From the NCBI GenBank assembly GCA_907165135.1, contig OU015566.1, positions 11,222,001 to 11,286,000 of the forward strand: DNA of 64,000 bases. The letters run 5' to 3'. Positions 26,317-39,245 of the stretch are shown in pieces (the stretch's first letter is position 1; every line of letters starts with the position of its first letter). The translations under genes and the position numbers were made by a program. The notes beneath the pieces were generated by a model. The model saw only the letters and a program-made list of their open reading frames with translations, had not been told where the DNA came from and ran no database searches. Source of the stretch: Oikopleura dioica (Eukaryota > Animalia > Chordata).

Positions 26317-26588
26317 TCTAAAACAGGAATTTTTTTAATATTGCTAGAAGTACAGCTTTGAAACATCTGTAATCAGCAGGTTGAAAGAGCATGACAAATC
26401 GGATTAGCCTTGAGCTCTAATCGGTATTAGCGCACTACGATCAGATTAAAAAAAGTCAAACTATATCCCGGTATCCGCGGGTCCTCTTCGAGCTCTGGCT
26501 CCGAGCCCCTCCGCGGGATTAGCAACATAAACCGACCCCAAATCTTTTGGCCTCTAATTTTTGCCGCTGTCTACGGATTGTTGACATT

Positions 26589-27937
26589 ATGGCACGTCAA
26601 AATAATATTCTTCTTTTTATATCGATTCTTGGTTTTATCTCAATATTCGACTTTTTTGAGAAATGGGCATTTGAAGAGAAAAATGAAGATTTACTCTCGT
26701 GTCCGGACTTTGGCGGGGATTTCATGTTCTCAAATGAGCCTAAATATTCATGAAGGGCTCGAAATGCGATTTTTATTCAGTCATTTTGGAAAATATTGAG
26801 CCTTAAAAAGTTAACGACAATAAATTCATGGGACATTGGCTCACTCACGGTCCGAATAATCAAATAAAAGACTTCAGAAGCGGAATATACGCTTCTATCG
26901 CAATGAAGCGAGCTGTTTTCCCGCCACTATTCTATTTCGGGATAGAAAAGAAACTTCTTTTATTAACCATCATCAATATTTATCCCGGCTCAGTTCTCAT
27001 TCAAACTCTGGGTCTCACAGTAAACTTGAAATATTTCATGTTTTGGACCTAGAAGAACTATCGAAACTGATAACAATTAGCGCCCCTTCGCAAATCGCGG
27101 AGAAATGTTTCGAACTTGGTGATTCCGGGGGAACAATACCAACTGGATTCAAGCAAAATATTCCAGCCGAACGAATTGATGATTTGATAGCCTATTACGG
27201 CTTCAATCGGAAGAACTCGAATTATTTTTCAAAAAGTCTTGAAATGGATGTTCGCAAGAAAGAACATCTAAATTTCAGCTCTATCGCAACAAGATTCAAC
27301 TATCCGGAATCGTGCATCCTTCAAGAACATCCCTGGAGAAACATCGATTACGACCAAAATTTGTGGAATGAGATAGTTCGAGCAACCCCAAGGCCGAAAT
27401 ATATCCGAAACGCGGCTGGCTGGATTAGGGATTTACTCTTTGGGGAAGATGAATATGCGGCGATGCACTGGCGATACAATAAAAACGTAAGATATCTACA
27501 ACTATCGAGTCAAATAAATGTTTTAGGACTGGGGAAAACACTGTGGCTCGGCTGGAGAATGGCGATCATGTCCAATCTACGAGCTTGGAACGAAAAATCC
27601 CGCTCTCTTTGCGCAGAAACTGACCAAACTCCTCAAAGAAAAGAATATCTATAAATTATACATCGCCGCTCCTCCAGATCAGTCCCGCCTTGTTGAAACA
27701 TTCAAGGACGAGATCTTGAAGATCGATGGAAAATTTGATGTTCTCGTTGGATTAGACGCGGTGAAGTTATTGCAAATACGGTACCCGAGATGCAAGTTCA
27801 TGAAAGAACACATGAACAATGTATTTTCGATAACAGAGCAAGAAGTGTGCTTTCAGTCTAAATTGTTTATTAGAGCAGGTTTGTTAGTATTGAAGAAGGG
27901 GATAACGGAATTCAGATCAATCAACTTGGTCGAGTAA
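26589..27937 (+). CDS. O-fucosyltransferase-family (POFUT-like, GT-B) type II membrane protein
   Basis: N-terminal TM, then GPNNQ, YAAMHWRY, LYIA and SITEQEVCFQSKLFI motifs. 3' end approximate. Confidence 0.7.
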
Positions 27938-30900
27938 TATTCGCGAAGAAAGAGATGCTGTCGCATCGAAGAAAAACTTATCTGAAACAATTCCTCTATC
28001 AGAAATTCTAGAGCTCGAATTGAGTTCAACTCGCTGGGCATGAAGGGATAAACTGTACAAGGTGAACAAATATTTAGACTTATTTATTATTAAACTCTGT
28101 AAGGAAACTGACAATAGTACAGTTGATTTTCGGCTTCTTCAGTAGGGCATGTCTGCAAGTTTGTATAAGCCAGCATGTTGACTGTATTTTTGAAATCGCT
28201 GACGACAGGTTTGAAGAGTTCCAATTTAGAGAATGTCAAGGACTGAAAAATTTTTATCAATTTTGAATATTTATGCGAGTTTCTTACGTTATTATTGGCA
28301 CCAAGTTGTAGCCTCTTTTCAGTGCACTTTTTCTTACAGCGACTTGCACCCTCTTTATCTTTTCTCGTTTCCTTCGGGCATGATTCCGTGAATGGCTTCT
28401 CGAGTCCAGAAGAGGAGAAAATCATGGCCTCATCATACTGATATTCTTCTAATATTTCTTTATATTCTCCTTCTTTTCGGTAATAAATCAACAGGTCATT
28501 TTCTTCGCCGAGTTTGAGCGGGAATCTATGCTGGTGGCAATGTAGCTTTATGACAACACTTTTACAATCTTCGATCATGATCTTTTTAGTGTTAGAAAAA
28601 AGATTCTAGTTGAATAAAGAGCCTTCAAGAGGGCTAACATGTTTTCAACACTTTCCTGGACAGTTTCTGGTCTCTCTTCCACTATTTGATCAAAATCAGT
28701 AAAGGAATCCATTCGGTACACCTTGTCGAATTCCTGATCTTCGTCGAAAAATTTCACCACGTACTGGAGAATGTTCTGGTACTTAGGGGATTTAGCACAT
28801 TCATGCACTGTGAATTGAGTCCTAAAAAGCCATAAGCCTTTGATTAAGATGATTCACTGTACCTAACACCAAGAGCTCTTGCTTTCAGGTCATTTAAGCT
28901 GTAATTAAAATGTGTGTGTCCCATCAGACCAAATCTATCTAACTCGGGCTTGAAGATTTCAGTTAGATTATCTTCTTTGTCCGGCTTGAGTTGATAGAAG
29001 ACAGAGGATTCGTCGAGGTGAAGATCTAGACTTGGGATCTGCTCACAAGTGCTCGTAACATTGGAGATTCCTGCAATCAGGGCTGGATATTTTGAAATCA
29101 GCAAAAATTTCAAATCAATTTTTGTGTGAAATCTCATTTCTATCTCAAAATTTTGCACCATCTCAACAAATCTCAAATTTCAATATTATCGCAACTCCCT
29201 CGTCATAATTTTTCCATTCTTGAGATTGCTGAGATCTCGAGATCTCAAATCTCAAAATTTTGCAAACCGCGCAAGGGCCGCGGACAAACGTCGCGGGCTT
29301 AGAGCAAGACTTGTGATTGGTTCAGATGGACCTGAAATGCTTGAGATCTCAGAATTTCAAATTTCATTTCATTGCAACGCGCGTATCCAACTCACGCAGT
29401 TTTCTGAAATGCTTGAGATCTCAGCATTTCAAATATCATTTTTTTGCAAAATCGAAAATTGAGATCTCAGACAGAAAATTTTCTGAGATTGCATTTTTGA
29501 AATGGATGAGATGATGATTCATGTTTTTTTCGGGGTTTGAAATTTTTGTTGATTTCAAAATATCCAGCCCTGCCTGCAATAGTGTTGAGCGGACTGTTTA
29601 GTGTTTCAGATTTGTAATGACTAACAAACATATACACAAGCTTAATTGAAACATTTCCTGAATGGAGTGACATCAAACGTAGTGCAGTCTGCACATTCAC
29701 CATTGATGATCTCGTTGATATCGCTTCTGAAGTTAAAGTTGTCGTTGGCGACAATTTTATGCTTGACAACATGTCCTTCTTGTCCATAAAACGTAAGCGC
29801 ATTGCCAGCAGTTTCGATCCAGAACTGACTAGAGTCCTCTGTGAGCGGTAAACTTTTGAAGAAGCTACCGATAAGATTCTGTCCTTTGTTGTCGTTGATG
29901 AATATTCGTCCATACGCCTTGTTGCTTCCCTTTTTGCCATGATTTATTCCTCCAAAAGTGATTCCCATTTTGATATCGCAGTGCTTTCCTCGGCAAGATT
30001 CTAGGTTCTTCAGTGATTTTGCTTCTCGTTCGCCATCGCTTTTGTTGAGCACTATTTCTCCATTAGAAATCGCGAGGGTTCCGGCGGTAAAAGTAAAGAT
30101 GTTGAAGTCTTTAGAAACATCGACATCGTACATTTCAGAAACAAATACGACAGCAGCGGAGTCCTCACTCTCACAGACATCGTCGTTTATGCATTTTTGA
30201 GTATCCGCAAGCGCCTTGTCGAATGAGTCGGTGAAAATGTTCAGTTGCTTTCCAAGAGCAGCAGAATCGATGGAGATTTTTCCTTCCGCGTTGTAGCGTG
30301 TACATTCTCGAGCATCACTATCTTTGTATTCTTCGGGGACGATGAAGTCGTTCTTGACGATGAAGTTGAATTTAGTATCAGCTGTTGGTTCGTACGAAGG
30401 ATGAAGAGCTTCGTTATGATTGATTTTAAGTCCAACAAAGCCAACCGCACGACCTGCCAAATTTGCAGGAGGATGCAAGTAAGAAAGACCCGGAGGAGAG
30501 ACTATTTTTCGCAGTTCATTTTCTTCGATGTAATCCTGACGCTCTTCGAGTTCCGGTAATTGATCGATCAGACACCAGAATATCTTTTTACAGTTCTCAA
30601 GCTCTAAGCAATCACTTTCTTTCTTGGCGTTGGTTCTGAGACGCTTCGGTCGCTCAGACATGATCATTTTTGGCTTTTGGTCGCTGAACAAAACTCTTGG
30701 ACTATTTTCGCCAAGTTCCAAGGATTTAAAATCTCTGGAGCATGATTGATCCTCAGCACCATCTTCATCTCTGCATTGAACCAGCTTGTTCGTGCTCATT
30801 TCAGAATCTTTTGCAATGTTGGTACTTCGGACAAGGAGTTCGAATCTGTTCAATCGCTGGAGTAGGCGAACATTGATGAATCGACCTCCATCTTGGTCGT

Positions 30901-33900
30901 CCTTGATCACAGCGTTCAAAGTTAAATGATCCCCTTCTTTTGTGAATATATCGACTTTAAGCATCCAAGCATCACTGTCCTGGGCGCATTCGTCATCGTT
31001 GTGGCCTTCAAGACTGACAAAGATTCCATCACCTTTTATTTTATTCTCACGCTTTCTACGTTTTCGTCGTTTCGTGGGATCTAAGAAATTTTCTTATTTA
31101 CAAAGATTAACGCGATTACCTTTTTTGAAGTCTTCTTCGTTTCCAAGGTAAAAAAGATTAGCATAATGAGGCTCAGTCTGCATTGAAAAGTGAATGTCCA
31201 ACCCAATGGACGAGTCTTTGAAGGACTCAGTCACAACATTTGGCAGTTCCATGATCTTGGAAACTCCGTTTTTGACTTCTTCTGGATGAACAATTTGAGC
31301 TGGAAGACCGCTTCTTGAAAGTGATTTCAAAATTTCTTCCGCATTCGAGCTGAAGCTCTTGATTTCACTCAGAAGCTCGTCGATTTCTTCGAGCTCATCT
31401 TTGATCTTGTCAGAGACTTTTTTCTGGGACTGGATTTGATCTTCGATCTCTTTGTCAAAGTTCGTCAGGCTGCACTCGTAGTCGTCTTTATTGTCGACGA
31501 AATCAGCGAGTGTGAGGTTTTGAGGGCAAAGATCAATTTCTCTACGACCTCTTTTCTTTCCGTGAAGATGTTGACTCAGCGTGCTGATTTCTTGCTCTGC
31601 ATAAGTATCGACAACATTTTCTGCTTCATTTTTGAGCTCGTCGAAGACGGATTCTTCTGGTGGAGTTTCGACATCGATGCTCATAATTGCTTCAATGATT
31701 TCTTCCTCTTTCGATTTTGGATTTTCGCCCCCATTCTCTGGCTCCAATTCTTCTTCGTTTTCTCTTTCAAGTTCAGCTTCAAGCTCCAAAAGAAAATCTT
31801 CATATTGCCGGTAAATTGTGTCGTTTTGCTCTTGGCATTCTTGAATCACATCCTGATCAGAAACACCTAATTCTCTAAGGTCATCCATCAGTTTTTTGTT
31901 CTCTGGCGGCTTGCACCACTCTCGCAGATTGTTTTGATAATCTTCCTTGAGTTCTTTTAGCTCATCATCCAGCAATGAATCCCTTTCGTTCAAAAGATTT
32001 GATTTATCGTGCACTTCTTCGAGTTCTTTACATAATTCCTCTTCTACGAAGCCCATAGAATCGCACCCAAGGGGCTCTACTCTTTCATCGAGTACTTCAT
32101 CTTCTTTGTCTCCGTAGTCGTCCTCATCATCATAGTCGGAATCGCCTGATGCTTCGAAGTCAACTTCAACTTCCGTCCAGTCTACCTGTCGTCGTCTACG
32201 ACCAAGGATTTCAGTAGAAATCTTCTCGTTGCATTTTTCAAGATCTGCATCACCTGTAAGATTCGCGCAAATTTCTTCAAAGACAGAAACATTCTTGTAA
32301 ATAAAATAAGCGTTTTCGATAAACTCTAGACTTCGGATTCCATCGTGAACTCTTCGCTGGAATTTTGTCTTGTAGTTTTTGTAAACCTCCGATCCAGCTA
32401 CATTCTTCCAGACGGGAGTTTTCCAGTTGCCATCAGTAAGCAGCGCGTCGAGGCGTTTTTCTTGAGCGAACTTTTTGATGTTCTCGCCATTCTCTGTCAG
32501 GATTTGGACACTCTTAGCGACGGCGTCTTCGTATTCTTGAAGCTTTTGGTCGAATTCTTCGAACATTTCAAAAACGCTCTTCATCGCATCGGAGTTTTCA
32601 CATTGTATGTCAGCAGGGTATTTTGTCTGACAATCATTGGTGCTGTTTGAGCAGAATTCGTGAATGATTGCGCGTGGCATCTTTTTATCAGAGCGTAGCC
32701 ATTGACCGGAAAAGTCGGTGATTTGCGTTTGAACTTCTGAATGATTGCAGTGAAGTTGCATGGCTCGCTCGTCAAGATTGTTGAAGTCATGCTCGAAATA
32801 CTGCTCCAAGAAACGATCAATCTTATCCATTTTGTAAATGTTCTTCTTCGTCATCTTCGACACATCTCCTTCGTAAGTATCAATGCCGTTCAGGATCTCA
32901 CGATCTTCCTCAAATGCTTTTAGAGCTACATCAAGCTCGTCAGCGTTGGAACAATTGAAATTCTCTGGAAGGATTTTGCTGTAGTCGGTTTTGAGGATAT
33001 CGGCAAATTCAGTTTCATTGTAGAAAAAATTGACCACGTCTTCAATTTCGTAAATTCGTTTCGACCTGCAGATGATGTCGTGGCCTTGGTCCATGATCAA
33101 GCCGTAGATGGACTCGAATCGGACGATCGACAGTTCATAGAGGTCCACTAGATCTTCGTAAGTTTGATTGCTCAAGAGTAAATCGTCCTTTCGAAGCACA
33201 TCCTCGAGCTGTCTCTTCAACTCTTTGAAATCAGCAATATCTTCCGATCTGGAATTGGTGTTGGAAGCGTGTATCTGGAGCTTTTCAATCTCCGGTTCAA
33301 AGTAAGTCCAAGTCTTGACCTTCTGGCACATGTTCTTATCGACGTCATCCACCATCTTTTCCAACTCGTGAAGCGTTTGGTTGAAGACTGGAACCATACC
33401 TTCTTCGTCCATCAAAAACTGACTCAAATATCTTGTCTTTTCTGCGACATGATGCTGGAGATCATCCCACATGTAAATAAGCTCAGTATGTTTGGTTTCA
33501 AGATCGGTGAGTCGTTGATCAAGGTCGTAATAATTCGGTCGGCTGCCGCGATAGCCGTAGTATTGTCGGTTTCCTCGCTTGAGATTTCTTGTGGATCGTT
33601 GAAGCACGATTTGTCCATTAGAATCTTTCTCCAAGTCTGAATTTCGAAGAGGACTGTCCTCGAACTCGCACTGCGGGAAGTTAACTCGTCCAGGAGCGCA
33701 TTCGTTACAATATCTTCCTCCGTATTTTGTCGATTTACAGTGGCATCTACCATGATCTCGGCTTGGGCAAACCGACCAAGCGGTCATTGGGTGACAGAGA
33801 CATTCCATGTTCTTGTTGACTGGCGTACATTTTGGAAAGTGTTCGAATCCGTCGGCGCACTTGTTGCACGTCCGCCCGGCGAAGCGTGGGAGACAGCGGC

Positions 33901-34188
33901 ATCGCCCCCGCCGTGTACATCCGCTGAATGACGTTTCTGCTTGACATTTGCATTTGACGCACTTTTTGTTTTGACGGAAGTAGCCGTTCAAGCACATTTG
34001 ACAGCTTGACCCTTTAAGAAAATTTATAAAAGATATTATACACCTACAGTACCTGTTGCTCCATCAGGACATTCAGCACACTTCATTAAGCCTAACTTAT
34101 CAATCTCTTTTTTAAAACCGAGATCGCTCGTTTTCTTTTTACATTTGGCCGCATTTGCCGCGGCCAGGAGCAAAAATATGCTCCGCAT
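27917..34188 (-). CDS. Laminin-alpha-like secreted protein (signal peptide, LE repeats, coiled coil, LG-like domains)
   Basis: ATG 34188 MRSIFLLLAAANA; LE repeats (CRCLPRFAGRTCNKCADGF, CHCKSTKYGGRYCNECAPG); long helical region; LG-like beta segments. ORFs 31094..33997, 29642..30964, 28844.., 28575.. and 28090.. join through in-phase introns. 3' end approximate. Confidence 0.75.
29078..29572. mobile_element. 495-bp MITE (hAT/P-type ends) inside a laminin-like coding exon
   Basis: TIR CAGGGCTGGATATTTTGAAATCA; 8-bp TSD CCTGCAAT at 29070-29077 and 29573-29580; internal GAGATCTC/AAATCTC repeats. Confidence 0.95.
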
Positions 34189-34878
34189 TTTCGATCACTC
34201 TCTTTCGGGCGAGGTTAGTCTGCCCTTAGGCCTCTGGAATTTCAAAAGAGTATACTCTGGCGCTATCTTTTTTGAGGTTAGAGCGGCAGAATTTTTCGTA
34301 AAATGTTAATTTTTAACCGGATCGTGTTCGTTTTGGCGGCTCTACCACTTGGCAAATACTTCTCCTGACCAAATTATACACGAAAAGCACACATAAGGAC
34401 AATGCAATCAAAGGACGCATTCCAAATTTAATGACTGATTTTGACATTGTGCTCAAGGATTTGTGCAAAGAACTGAGCCACAGAGAGAAGGAGCATGGGA
34501 TAATCAAATATTGATTTCCGGTGCCCAAAACGCAACATCGGTACATTCAAGGATGTTTCAATTTTCATAGGAAGAAAAATACAGTTACTTTAACAAAAAT
34601 AAAATGCTTTTCATATCAATCCAGAAGCTAATGGTATTAAATTGGTTATTAACAGATGTAAAAGATAGTAATAGTTTAAAAAAAAAAGATCAAAATAAAA
34701 AAGAATAGGGTCTTCTTTTACTAAAACTCTTTATCAACAAATATCTAAAACGATGATCAAGTGCAGAGGGCTAAAAAAAGTCATTCGCCCGTTGTAAAAA
34801 ATATCATTGATTGGGCGCAGTTTCAGTCGATAAAATCAGGCCAAGATACTGTTGACAAATATTCAGTGCGCCACCAGC

Positions 34879-34950
34879 GGTCCTATGGTGTAATGGCTAT
34901 CACTGTGGACTTTGAATCCACCAATCCGAGTTCGAATCTCGGTAGGACCT
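34879..34950 (+). tRNA. tRNA-Gln (TTG)
   Basis: 72-nt cloverleaf: GGTCCTA/TAGGACC acceptor stem, GTGGA-CTTTGAA-TCCAC anticodon arm, CCGAG-TTCGAAT-CTCGG T arm. Confidence 0.95.
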
Positions 34951-35190
34951 CACTTTTAGAAAATTATACTGATAAGAAAAAGGGGATGAAATTAGATTTT
35001 TCTCTCTTTTAATGCAAGAATATTCGATATGGACATAAAAAATAAAATCTCAATTTTTCGTATTTTTCTCTAAATTGCTGAGTCAGAGGAAATGTGAAAA
35101 AAGGATGATAAGGTTGCAAATCAAATTACTGCGAGGAAGAAGGATAGAAAGAGAGGAAGCCTAAAAAAGGAGAGAAATTCCCGGAGGCCA

Positions 35191-35212
35191 GGATTGGCTG
35201 GCGCGGGCGCAC
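35191..35212 (+). promoter_or_regulatory. CCAAT box (ATTGG) next to an E2F-like TGGCGCGG site upstream of the UCHL5 gene run
   Basis: GC-rich island GGATTGGCTGGCGCGGGCGCAC about 250 nt before the UCHL5 ATG, in AT-rich surroundings. Confidence 0.4.
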
Positions 35213-35451
35213 GGTTCATTTTTTTCTCTTGAACTTTTTGGGCTTCTTTCTTGAAGAGAAAATTTCACGAATCGCCGACTGAAAGAAGCTCGAATCGAGC
35301 TGCTCGATTTGATAAGCATTTTTTGGAAACCATAAAAATTCACAAATTTAATTTTTGTACATATAATTCTAGAACAACACTTCATCCCTGTTTTCTTACA
35401 TAATCTTGGCGGCGTGATAACGATTTTTATCAATTTCAGAATTTGAAAAAA

Positions 35452-37314
35452 ATGGACGCCGGTGAATGGTGTCTGCTCGAATCCGACCCTGGCGTTTTCT
35501 CGGCTTTGATCCGCGAGTTCGGATGCACTGGTGCTCAGGTGGACGAACTCTGGTCTTTGGACGCTGAAAATTTTGAACCGTTGGGCGAGGTCTTTGGCTT
35601 GATCTTCCTTTTCAAATGGGATGGAAAGAAAGAAACCGCCTCAAAAGTAAGTAAATAGGTATTTTATTATTCAAACAGTTATTTTTTTTCACTCGCGGTC
35701 GATAAGTTTCGTTACAGTGCCACAAACAGTATGAAGGTGCTGGAAAACGGGCTTTTTCGGAACTCGGTCGTCTTTCAGCGTCGCGTTCATTTTCTTTCGG
35801 TATTCGGAATAGCAGCCTGGTTTTTTGGCGAAAGTAGGCATCACCAAAGACGAACCTATTTTTGGAAGCTTGACTGGTTTGTCAGCACTGTGCGAGTGAG
35901 GAGGAATCGTGATAAAATTGCGACCTTGAGAATGATTTTTTGAATTATGATAAGATTCATGAATCTTGTCTTACCTAGTTTTCTAGCGATGGCGTTTTGC
36001 GCTCGCTCTTCTTTGTTCGGACAGCTTCCTACTCGGCCAGGGTAGTCGAGTCTTCGGCCTTTTTCAGCGCCAGTATAGGGGATTCCTTCCTGGACGCCGT
36101 GAGTTTTGTGACGCGCTTTCCACGAATCTCGAATCGTACCTTTTTATGAATTCAAAAGCTACCCTTTTATATGATAAACAACGTCGACATTCCTTTTATA
36201 ATGGGACCTGAAACTTTCAGGCTGAAAGGGATGAACTTTTTTGAACTCATTCCTTCAGTTTTGATAGACCTGGCCCAAAAGTTGTGCCAGTAAACGTTCA
36301 TGTTGATATCCCGCGCCATTTTTACGAATATCACCCTTTTTTACAACAAAATCAAAACTGACCTTCTCCCGCGTCTTTTCCTCTTACAAACAGAACCGTT
36401 CTAGAAACACATTTTTCTAGGGCAAGGTCGTCAACGACATGGAGCACGAGAACCTCTTCTGGGCGCAGCAAGTGATCAACAACGCGTGCGGCACACAAGC
36501 TTTGATCTCGATTTTGCTCAACATTCACGGCAATAAAATCACTCTCGGCGAGGAGTTGGAGAATTTCCAAAATTTTACGATTGGAATCGACGGCGAGTCC
36601 AAAGGCTTTGCCCTTTCCAACGCCGAGGGCATCAGAAAAGTGCACAACTCCTTCTCCAAACAGCAGCTTTTTGAACTTGAAGAGCCAAAGAATCAGGTAC
36701 TTCATCAACAAATACGAGGATTTGACTGAAAACCGTTTCTAGGAGAAAGAACTTCCTTATCATTTCGTATCATTCGTGCCCGTCAACGGACGATTATGGG
36801 AGCTCGACGGCCTCCAAAAAGGCCCAATTGATCATGGAGAGATCTCATGCGAGAACTGGATTGACGCTGCTAGACCCGTTCTCCAAACAAGAATGGCGCA
36901 ATACCAAGAAGGAGAGGTCCATTTCAACTTGATGGCCTGTTGTGAGGATAGACTAGTTAGATTGGAGAAGAAGCTTGCTGCGGAGACAATGGACTTTCCA
37001 AAAAGGTAAGATGCAAATTGTTAGATGAATCGCTAACACATGAGTCTCTTCCAGCCAAATTCAAATGGAAATCGAAACCGAGAAAGAAAAGAGACTGACT
37101 TGGGACAAGGACAACGCCAGAAGAAAGCATAATTTTATGCCTATGGTTGTTGAGATCCTAAAGCAAATGGCTGAAAAGGGAAATCTCGTTTCTCAGGTCG
37201 AAAAGGTAAACCATTATTTCTCTAGCTCATCGTTTGACTACCAGTTTGAAGGCTGAAGAACGTACTAAAGAAGCCATCGAAAGAAGGAAAAAGCTCAAGG
37301 CCGCGAAGCAATAA
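35452..37314 (+). CDS. UCHL5: Ubiquitin C-terminal hydrolase L5 (UCH37)
   Basis: WCLLESDPGVF, GLIFLFKW, AQQVINNACGTQA (catalytic Cys), LWELDGL and NARRKHNFMP. Confidence 0.95.
35689..36319 (-). CDS. Nested 3-exon antisense gene (170 aa, basic) inside UCHL5 intron 1
   Basis: Exons 36319-36208 (112 nt), 36139-35975 (165 nt) and 35924-35689 (236 nt) with GT-AG introns of 68 and 50 nt, all phases consistent, 513 nt ending in TGA and followed by AATAAA. Confidence 0.75.
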
Positions 37315-37544
37315 AAGAAAATCGCGCCATCTAAAATTTCTTCAACCTCTTTTTTTCAACCAACAAAACATGTATCGCCCCACATTTTAAGTATTATTTC
37401 GAAAAGTTCAACTCATCTTCTCTATCACTTCTTTTTGGAGAAATCTTGATCTGCCAGTTTTGACGAAAAACAAGAAAAAATGTTACAAAGTTACTCAAAG
37501 TTTTGGAAATATTCTTCTTCAAAAGAAGGAGAGAGTGAAAGAAA

Positions 37545-39067
37545 ATGTTGTCGGTAGAGCAGTTGAGCAAGCAAATCGCGGACATTTGCCCAGAAGATCA
37601 TCTGAAATCGTTTCTGCAGCGTGATGTAAGGCCAGATGGTCGAAGTCTTGACGAGCTTCGCCCTCTTGTGTTGGCTAAAAATGTCGCTCCGACTGCGGAC
37701 AGCTCCGCGATGATCAGACTTGGCAATACAAAGGTCATCTGTGGAATTACAGCAGAAACGATCAAGCCTGCAGCGGCTACACCAACTGATGGATCGTTTA
37801 GTGTGAATTTTGAATTTTCACCAGGTAGGCTTGAAAATTTCGACCCCTTTTCAAAACCGTATTTCAAGTTTGTTCGCCTAATGCGAAAGCAGGACCGCCG
37901 AATGAAGTAGCACAGACGATGTCGATCTTTTTGGACGGAATTTTGAAACAAGTTTTCGACAACAACCAGTTGTGCATTGAGCCGGATGTGTTAGCTTGGA
38001 CGCTTTTTATTGATGTGTACTGCCTTGAAGGTAGTTTCGTTGATTTTTTCTGTAAGCCTTTGATGAGTTACCATAAGAATTTTTCGGCCAAAAAAAATTT
38101 TTTTGAGATAGTGGCATATTCTTAAAGCCCATAAAAAACTAGCCAGAATCACAAAATTCTAGGGCAAGGTGACGTCATTATGACGTCATCCAGCTCATTT
38201 GAAAATTTTATCTTTGGAACGCTTTTTAGAGCCAAAAACGTTTTTGAATTCTTATTTTCTCAGCGGATTCGGATTCCTCATGAAAAACTACGTGGGGACC
38301 CGGGCTCAAACCATCATTACCAACCGGTTCTAGTGTCAGGTAATTTTCGAAACCGGTCGGTTAGAAAAATAAACCTCGGGTCCCCACGTAATTTTTTCTG
38401 CCTAACAACATGCTATAAGCAGAAAATTATATTTCTGACGATAACCGCCTCAAAAAGCGTTCCAAAGTTTCATGAATTTGGACCCTTTTCGGACATTTAT
38501 TAATCATAAATGACGTCATAATGACGTCATTGAGCCCTAGAAAATTGGGGATCGACGTATTTTGACATGGGCTTTCAGAACATGCCATTATCTCAAAAAA
38601 TTGTTTTCGGCCGAAAAATTCTTATGGTAATTCATCCTTTATTAATTTTTAAGACGATGGAAACGTAACGGACGCTGCCATGATGTCCGTTATATCCTCC
38701 CTCCGAGATCTGAAGCTACCAGAAATCACGATAGACGAAGAAACGGCGAAGCCAGTCGTAAATGTAGAGAAAAGCACTCCAGTCTCATTGAAAATGATTC
38801 CCGTTTCGACTACGTATGGAGAATTCAGTGGAATATTACTCCTCGATCCTACTGCTCGAGAAACGGAACTCGGAAGCTCGCCAATTACAGTCGTTTGCTC
38901 GGAAAAGGGCGCTCTGTTGTGCTTCAACAGATCTGGTGGTTCTCCACTTTCGCAAGAACAGGTCGCGGCGGCCATTGAGAATTCAAAAAGGTTTTAGCCT
39001 TCGTGATGACTGGAATTAATAGTGTTTTAGGAGGTCTTCGACGATCTATGATCAGTACTTTGCTTGA
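37545..39067 (+). CDS. EXOSC8: Exosome complex component RRP43
   Basis: RPDGRSLDELR, SAMIRLGNTKVICGI, AWTLFIDVYCLE|DDGNVTDA and LLLDPTARE (RNase PH fold). Confidence 0.9.
38062..38636. mobile_element. 575-bp palindromic MITE in an EXOSC8 intron
   Basis: Long imperfect inverted arms (GATGAGTTACCATAAGAATTTTTCGGCC...); CTTT on both sides; removing it restores a 44-nt intron (38031-38653). Confidence 0.85.
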
Positions 39068-39245
39068 AATTGCGTCGCGTCAGATTCATTAAATCAGATT
39101 TTGGCCCCCACGATTTGGTCGGGTCCAAGAATGTTTGATCATCCCTCACAGATGATCTTTATCATCTCAAAAAGGATACAGTCTGTTACAAAACCAGCTG
39201 AAATTATGATTTTCAGAATGATTACATCCTAACCGAAAATCGAAG

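Noticed and set aside
27917-27937. 3' coding overlap of the O-fucosyltransferase and laminin-like genes
   Set aside because: Both 3' ends are uncertain predictions, so the overlap is unsupported.
29220-29514. ORFs inside the laminin MITE, and similar ORFs in the MED8, EXOSC8 and HMT MITEs
   Set aside because: Low-complexity products of subterminal repeats with no transposase motifs.
34313-34546. Small hydrophobic ORF upstream of the laminin-like gene
   Set aside because: Could be a tiny membrane-protein gene, but support is too weak to call.
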